From Planctomycetota bacterium (GTDB lineage: Bacteria > Planctomycetota > Planctomycetia > Pirellulales > Pirellulaceae), in NCBI GenBank assembly GCA_039821165.1, contig JBCBOT010000001.1, positions 30,099 to 94,098 of the forward strand: 64,000 bases of DNA, read 5' to 3'. Below are positions 60,093 to 64,000 of the stretch, one piece after another (positions within the stretch are counted from its first letter, which is position 1; each line of letters begins with the position of its first letter). Below the pieces are notes generated by a model. That model made no database searches, had not been told where the DNA came from, and worked only from the letters and a program-made list of their open reading frames with translations. A program made the position numbers and the translations under genes.

Positions 60093-60242
60093 ACTCGCGG
60101 TAGCGTATCACCTCTCACGAAGCCGCACTGCGTGCGACTGGTTTCCCGCGTGATCAAAGCGTCTGCTGCAAGATTCCAATGCTGAAATGTGCACCGAATG
60201 GCGAGAGTCTCTAGACTGAGACGGTCACCAATTCGCCTCAGG

Positions 60243-61409
60243 ATGGAACACCCGATGTTTCGCCCCATCACGCGCCTGCTCTACTGTTTCCTTCCGCTCC
60301 AATTGCTGATCACGATTGCCGCAGGCGCGGAGCCGCAAACATCCAAGAACAGGCGTCTCGTCAGGGAGCGTCCGACGAAAGGCCCCTTTGTTGAGACCGA
60401 CAAAGGGTTCATGGTGCCGTACACCCAACGGATCCCGGGCTCGAACGCAACGATCGAGATGATTCCTATCCGAGCGGGCCGAGTCACGCTTGGCCCCCTG
60501 CCCGCCCTGCCTGAATATGCGAGCGTCGAATCGAGCCGTTCGAAGTCCGCGAAGCCTGGTGCGACCGTTGATTTCCCGGCATTTTGGATGAGCAAATATG
60601 AAGTCACGATGGAACAATTCTTGCCCTATCGTGAGCTTTATTACAAACACAAACGTGATCCGGAATACGTTCGACGGTCTACCGGTCTGAAGCTCGATGG
60701 CGTGGACGCAGTGACCGGCCCCACCGAGGTCTACGAACCAGCATACATCTTTGAGTACGCGACCAAACCCAATTCACCGGTGCCGACAGTCACTCAGTTT
60801 GGGGCGCGACAATACACCAAATGGTTATCATTGGTGACCGGCGAGACTTATCGGCTACCGTTTCGCAGTGAGTGGCAACATGCTTGCCGCGCAGGGAGCA
60901 CAACAAAGTACTCCTTCGGGGATGACGCCTCACGCCTCAACGAGTTCGCGGTGTACTACGACGAATCCGATTCAGCCTCGGCAAGTGACGAGATTGAAAC
61001 ACTGCTCGTCGGCACCAAGAAGCCGAATCCTTGGGGCTTGTTCGACATGCACGGCAATGTTGCCGAATGGGTCATTGAAGACACAGCGACGTACGGGCTG
61101 ATCGAAGGCCATGTTGCTTGTGGCGGCTCGTGGCTTGTGGCGGGAAGTGACGAGTGCCAATCGGACTCCGTGATCCGGAGCGATCGGGACTGGTGGTCCG
61201 ACGACCCCGATTTCCCGCGTAGCTCATGGTGGATGACCTCCGAAGAGTCGCGTGGCACGGGGTTTCGAATCCTCTCGCCCTTGGAATCCCCGACTGCCGA
61301 CGAGGCTCGAATCTACTGGGAAGTCGACTCGGACAGCCTTCGAACGGATGTTCAGAGCCGAGTCGATGAAGGCCGAGGATCACTGGGCCCGGCAGTGATC
61401 CGCAAATAG
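60243..61409 (+). CDS. Formylglycine-generating-enzyme-fold (SUMF1/EgtB/PvdO) secreted protein
   Basis: YEVT, YRLP..SEW.HACRAG, KPNPWGLFDMHGNVAEWV, GFR. Confidence 0.88.
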   Translation: MEHPMFRPITRLLYCFLPLQLLITIAAGAEPQTSKNRRLVRERPTKGPFVETDKGFMVPYTQRIPGSNATIEMIPIRAGRVTLGPLPALPEYASVESSRSKSAKPGATVDFPAFWMSKYEVTMEQFLPYRELYYKHKRDPEYVRRSTGLKLDGVDAVTGPTEVYEPAYIFEYATKPNSPVPTVTQFGARQYTKWLSLVTGETYRLPFRSEWQHACRAGSTTKYSFGDDASRLNEFAVYYDESDSASASDEIETLLVGTKKPNPWGLFDMHGNVAEWVIEDTATYGLIEGHVACGGSWLVAGSDECQSDSVIRSDRDWWSDDPDFPRSSWWMTSEESRGTGFRILSPLESPTADEARIYWEVDSDSLRTDVQSRVDEGRGSLGPAVIRK

Positions 61410-61423
61410 GAGCCAGCCGGGAA

Positions 61424-61927
61424 TCAGATCACGATTGGTTTTCCCAGCTTGCGGCGAACAGGAACCATTTGCCCGACGTGCATCATCGCGTGGGTGGCGA
61501 TCAACACGAACAGGCCGCCCATATTCGGGCAAATGCTCTGAAAGTGCTCGGGTGCTGCTTTCGCTAAGTCTTCATCCGTTTGCGCATCCAAACCCTTGAA
61601 GGTCGCTTCCTTGAGCTTGGTAAAGTATCCGAGGTATTCGTCTTTGCTGCAAAAGTCAGCTGCGTCGTCCGAACTCGTATTCTCTTTTCCGTGCTTCTCG
61701 GCGAACCCTTCGGGAAGCTCGATCGAGAAACCCGGAGCGGCGGCATCGAGCAAGCCGCACTCGCTGCTGATCAAGTGCCCGAGTTGCCACGCGATGTGGT
61801 TGCAGCCTTCGGCCGGTCGGCTCAAGAGTTCTTCGTCACTGAGGTCGTTCACGTACGACGTGAGTACCATTTGGCTCAATTCGTAAGCGTTCCGGATAGC
61901 GTCTTTACCGTGCATAATGAGTTCCAT
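61424..61927 (-). CDS. DinB/YfiT family protein
   Basis: NHIAWQLGHL and HAMMHVGQ His triad. Confidence 0.85.
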   Translation of the reverse strand: MELIMHGKDAIRNAYELSQMVLTSYVNDLSDEELLSRPAEGCNHIAWQLGHLISSECGLLDAAAPGFSIELPEGFAEKHGKENTSSDDAADFCSKDEYLGYFTKLKEATFKGLDAQTDEDLAKAAPEHFQSICPNMGGLFVLIATHAMMHVGQMVPVRRKLGKPIVI

Positions 61928-62004
61928 GGGGAAACGAGTGAATCACTGTATCCAGCCTAGCACTCGTTGAAACGAGTGTCCTCCCCTCGCGTTTTGTTCA
62001 GCCG

Positions 62005-62063
62005 CAAAGCACTAGCCATGGGTCTTTCTGGGGAACCGGCGGCTAACGCCCTGCCGCCGCGCT
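62005..62063. repeat. Degenerate REP family B hairpin between convergent or adjacent genes
   Basis: GCACTAGCCATGGGT...ACCGGCGGCTAACGCCCTGCCGC. Confidence 0.55.
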
Positions 62064-63345
62064 AGTCTTGAAAGCGATCTCGATTCGAAGACGATTCGAT
62101 CATTCTCTCGAGTTCCTGCATGCCGATCGCGCGACGCTCGGATCGCTTTCCCGTCCAGCGATCAGAGACACTCTTTCGAGTCACACGGATTGCTCCCCCG
62201 AGTTCGGAAAGGCGAGCGAGTTCGTAGCCGAAACCAACCTGGTACCGAGCCTGCGGATAAATCGGCACGCGGCGAGACTCCAAGGACCAGGATTCGAAAT
62301 CGAGGGTCTGCCATCCGTCGCCTGATTCCGTTGCCACGAGATACGCCTGTGCCTCCGCTGGCAGTTGTTCAGTCGCCGAAGCATGGATTTGGATTTCGGC
62401 GCGACTGTTGTGGGGCGAGTACAACGCCCAAGACGTCCAATGATCCCACCAACCGTGACGCTCGCTGAGCGGAGCCAAGAGGACAACGAACGCGATTGCT
62501 TGAGCGATGCGAGGCGAAATGCGATTCGATTTTTCATCCGTGTCCTCAATGCTCGTCGCCGGATTGGATGCACTTCGAATGAAAAGCATCCATGCCTGTG
62601 CCGCCAACAGCGCATTCCAGAGCAGCACACCGAGGCTGTGATTCATTGCCCATGGTCCGAGTAACAAAATCAACGTCGCATGCATTCCGAGCGCGAGGCT
62701 CCCGCCGATGCTTCGTGTACGTGGAATCGTCAACAGGATTGCGATGAGTAGCTCGCTGATCGGCAACGCAAATGCCAGACCGACGAGCGTCTTTGGGGTA
62801 ACGTCGCCCACTGGAGTGAGCAGCGTCGCGACCATGTCACGCCCCACCGTGTGCACGAACTGGTAGTCCAGCTTGCCGATGGAACTGTAAAAATAGACGC
62901 TGATGGCGACGGCGGTCACCCAAGGCCGTGTTTGTCGCCACGGCGTGCTGCCAAGCAGCACGCCATAAATCAACGTCTGGTACACCCAGGGCTGCAACCG
63001 ATGCTGGTCCAAGAGCACCAGCAAACCGAGTGGCACGAGAAACCACCACCAAAGTGACCGATTGTCCGGTTTCCAAAGCAATGCGAACGCCGCCACGATC
63101 AACGGTCCGACAAAGATCAGGTCGAACCCCGTGAGTCCACGAAGTGTCTCGGGAAGAAATGAAACACGTGGAAAAGAGCCGAGAGTCCACCCCCAGAGCG
63201 GCGCGGTGGCAAAATGCAGCAATAGAAAACCGACTATCCAGAGTCGCGCGAACCGTGCACCCTCATCGCATTTTGGGTCGCAGCTCGCTTTCTCTAGCGC
63301 CGAATTTTTGATCTTGTTCAAATTGGCATCCCGTCGCCGGTTCAA
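62062..63345 (-). CDS. HTTM/MauE-DoxX-like multi-pass membrane protein
   Basis: DQHRLQPW, YFYSSIGKL, MHATL, HWTSWALYS; start uncertain. Confidence 0.65.
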   Translation of the reverse strand: MNRRRDANLNKIKNSALEKASCDPKCDEGARFARLWIVGFLLLHFATAPLWGWTLGSFPRVSFLPETLRGLTGFDLIFVGPLIVAAFALLWKPDNRSLWWWFLVPLGLLVLLDQHRLQPWVYQTLIYGVLLGSTPWRQTRPWVTAVAISVYFYSSIGKLDYQFVHTVGRDMVATLLTPVGDVTPKTLVGLAFALPISELLIAILLTIPRTRSIGGSLALGMHATLILLLGPWAMNHSLGVLLWNALLAAQAWMLFIRSASNPATSIEDTDEKSNRISPRIAQAIAFVVLLAPLSERHGWWDHWTSWALYSPHNSRAEIQIHASATEQLPAEAQAYLVATESGDGWQTLDFESWSLESRRVPIYPQARYQVGFGYELARLSELGGAIRVTRKSVSDRWTGKRSERRAIGMQELERMIESSSNRDRFQD

Positions 63346-63519
63346 AGCACAGAAGTTACACTGAAGCGACGTTGATAGCGTGAATCGTTTAGGAGACCGA
63401 GGACCGCTTTCCTGAAATCTAGCCTCGAGTCGTAACCACCCAATACCGCTGACGGCGACGAAGCCCGCCTCAGGGTACTTGCAAGGGTGATTTCGAGTTC
63501 CGACTCGTTGCTGAACCTC

Positions 63520-63592
63520 GCCCCCGTAGCTCAGTGGATAGAGCAGAGCTTTCCTAAAGCTAAGGTCGGACGTTCGAATCGTCTCGGGGGTG
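63520..63592 (+). tRNA. tRNA-Arg(CCT)
   Basis: Cloverleaf GCCCCCG/CGGGGGT, D-arm GCTC/GAGC with A20, loop TTCCTAA, T-arm GGACG-TTCGAAT-CGTCT; CCA not encoded. Confidence 0.95.
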
Positions 63593-64000
63593 CTCTTGGT
63601 GCAATTAGCTACTCACCAAGTCGCTTCGGCTACTGCTCGTGAAGTTTGAAGCTGTCTGTCGCGTAGGCTGCCTGCAGCCTCAACCGCGCTAGTATGCGTC
63701 TCAGTGAAAGATGCGATCCGGGTGCGGTTCCTTCCCCTCGAAAAAGAATTTGATCGGCGCACATTCGCCACTTATCAAACCCGCGTGCCGCGCTAACGTT
63801 CTAATGTCGCGGGTTGAGCCCGACTGCGCACGAGCATTCAGGGGCAAGGATGCTCTTCGCGTGCACCACTCGGTCGGGCTCACCGCGACTTTTTCTCCCA
63901 TGCTGGGCAGAGCCACTCAGGACACACACAAACCTCCGACTATTTTCCGCTGCGGTCGGATTCAAGATCAGCTGGCAACGCAACAGTCGTCATCCGACTC

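Noticed and set aside
63790-63900. Bona fide integron attC site
   Set aside because: RYYYAAC/GTTRRRY boxes do not flank the stem symmetrically; no intI or cassette ORF visible
1-64000. Prophage, IS or integrative element
   Set aside because: No integrase, transposase, phage structural genes or terminal inverted repeats found

Overview
64 kb of GC-rich chromosome from a planctomycete (Pirellulaceae-like, inferred from DUF1501/DUF1552/DUF1800/PSD1 genes, a PVC-type heme protein, a sulfatase and ECF-kinase pairs). It holds about 45 CDS, one tRNA-Arg(CCT) and two families of REP-like intergenic palindromes. I found no integrase, transposase, prophage or CRISPR. Housekeeping genes: pgi, rplU, queD, ggt, yciH, a cold-shock protein and a DEAD-box helicase. 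The standout is a minus-strand cassette at about 41.1-53.3 kb: metallophosphoesterase > membrane Ser/Thr kinase with two EF-hands > ECF sigma (DASD motif) > kinase-WD40-LamG > second ECF sigma (DACD motif) > secreted protein with 27 uninterrupted GGxGxGxGxN decapeptides (silk/amyloid-like) > secreted TPR protein. Other candidates: a twin palindromic operator before a BlaI/M56 pair, interlocking 9-bp helices in the DEAD-box leader, three stop/start-coupled micro-ORFs leading into csp, a SPINDLY/OGT-like GT41 coupled to a sugar C-methyltransferase, and a membrane-anchored trypsin. All family calls are from motif recognition by eye; no searches were run.
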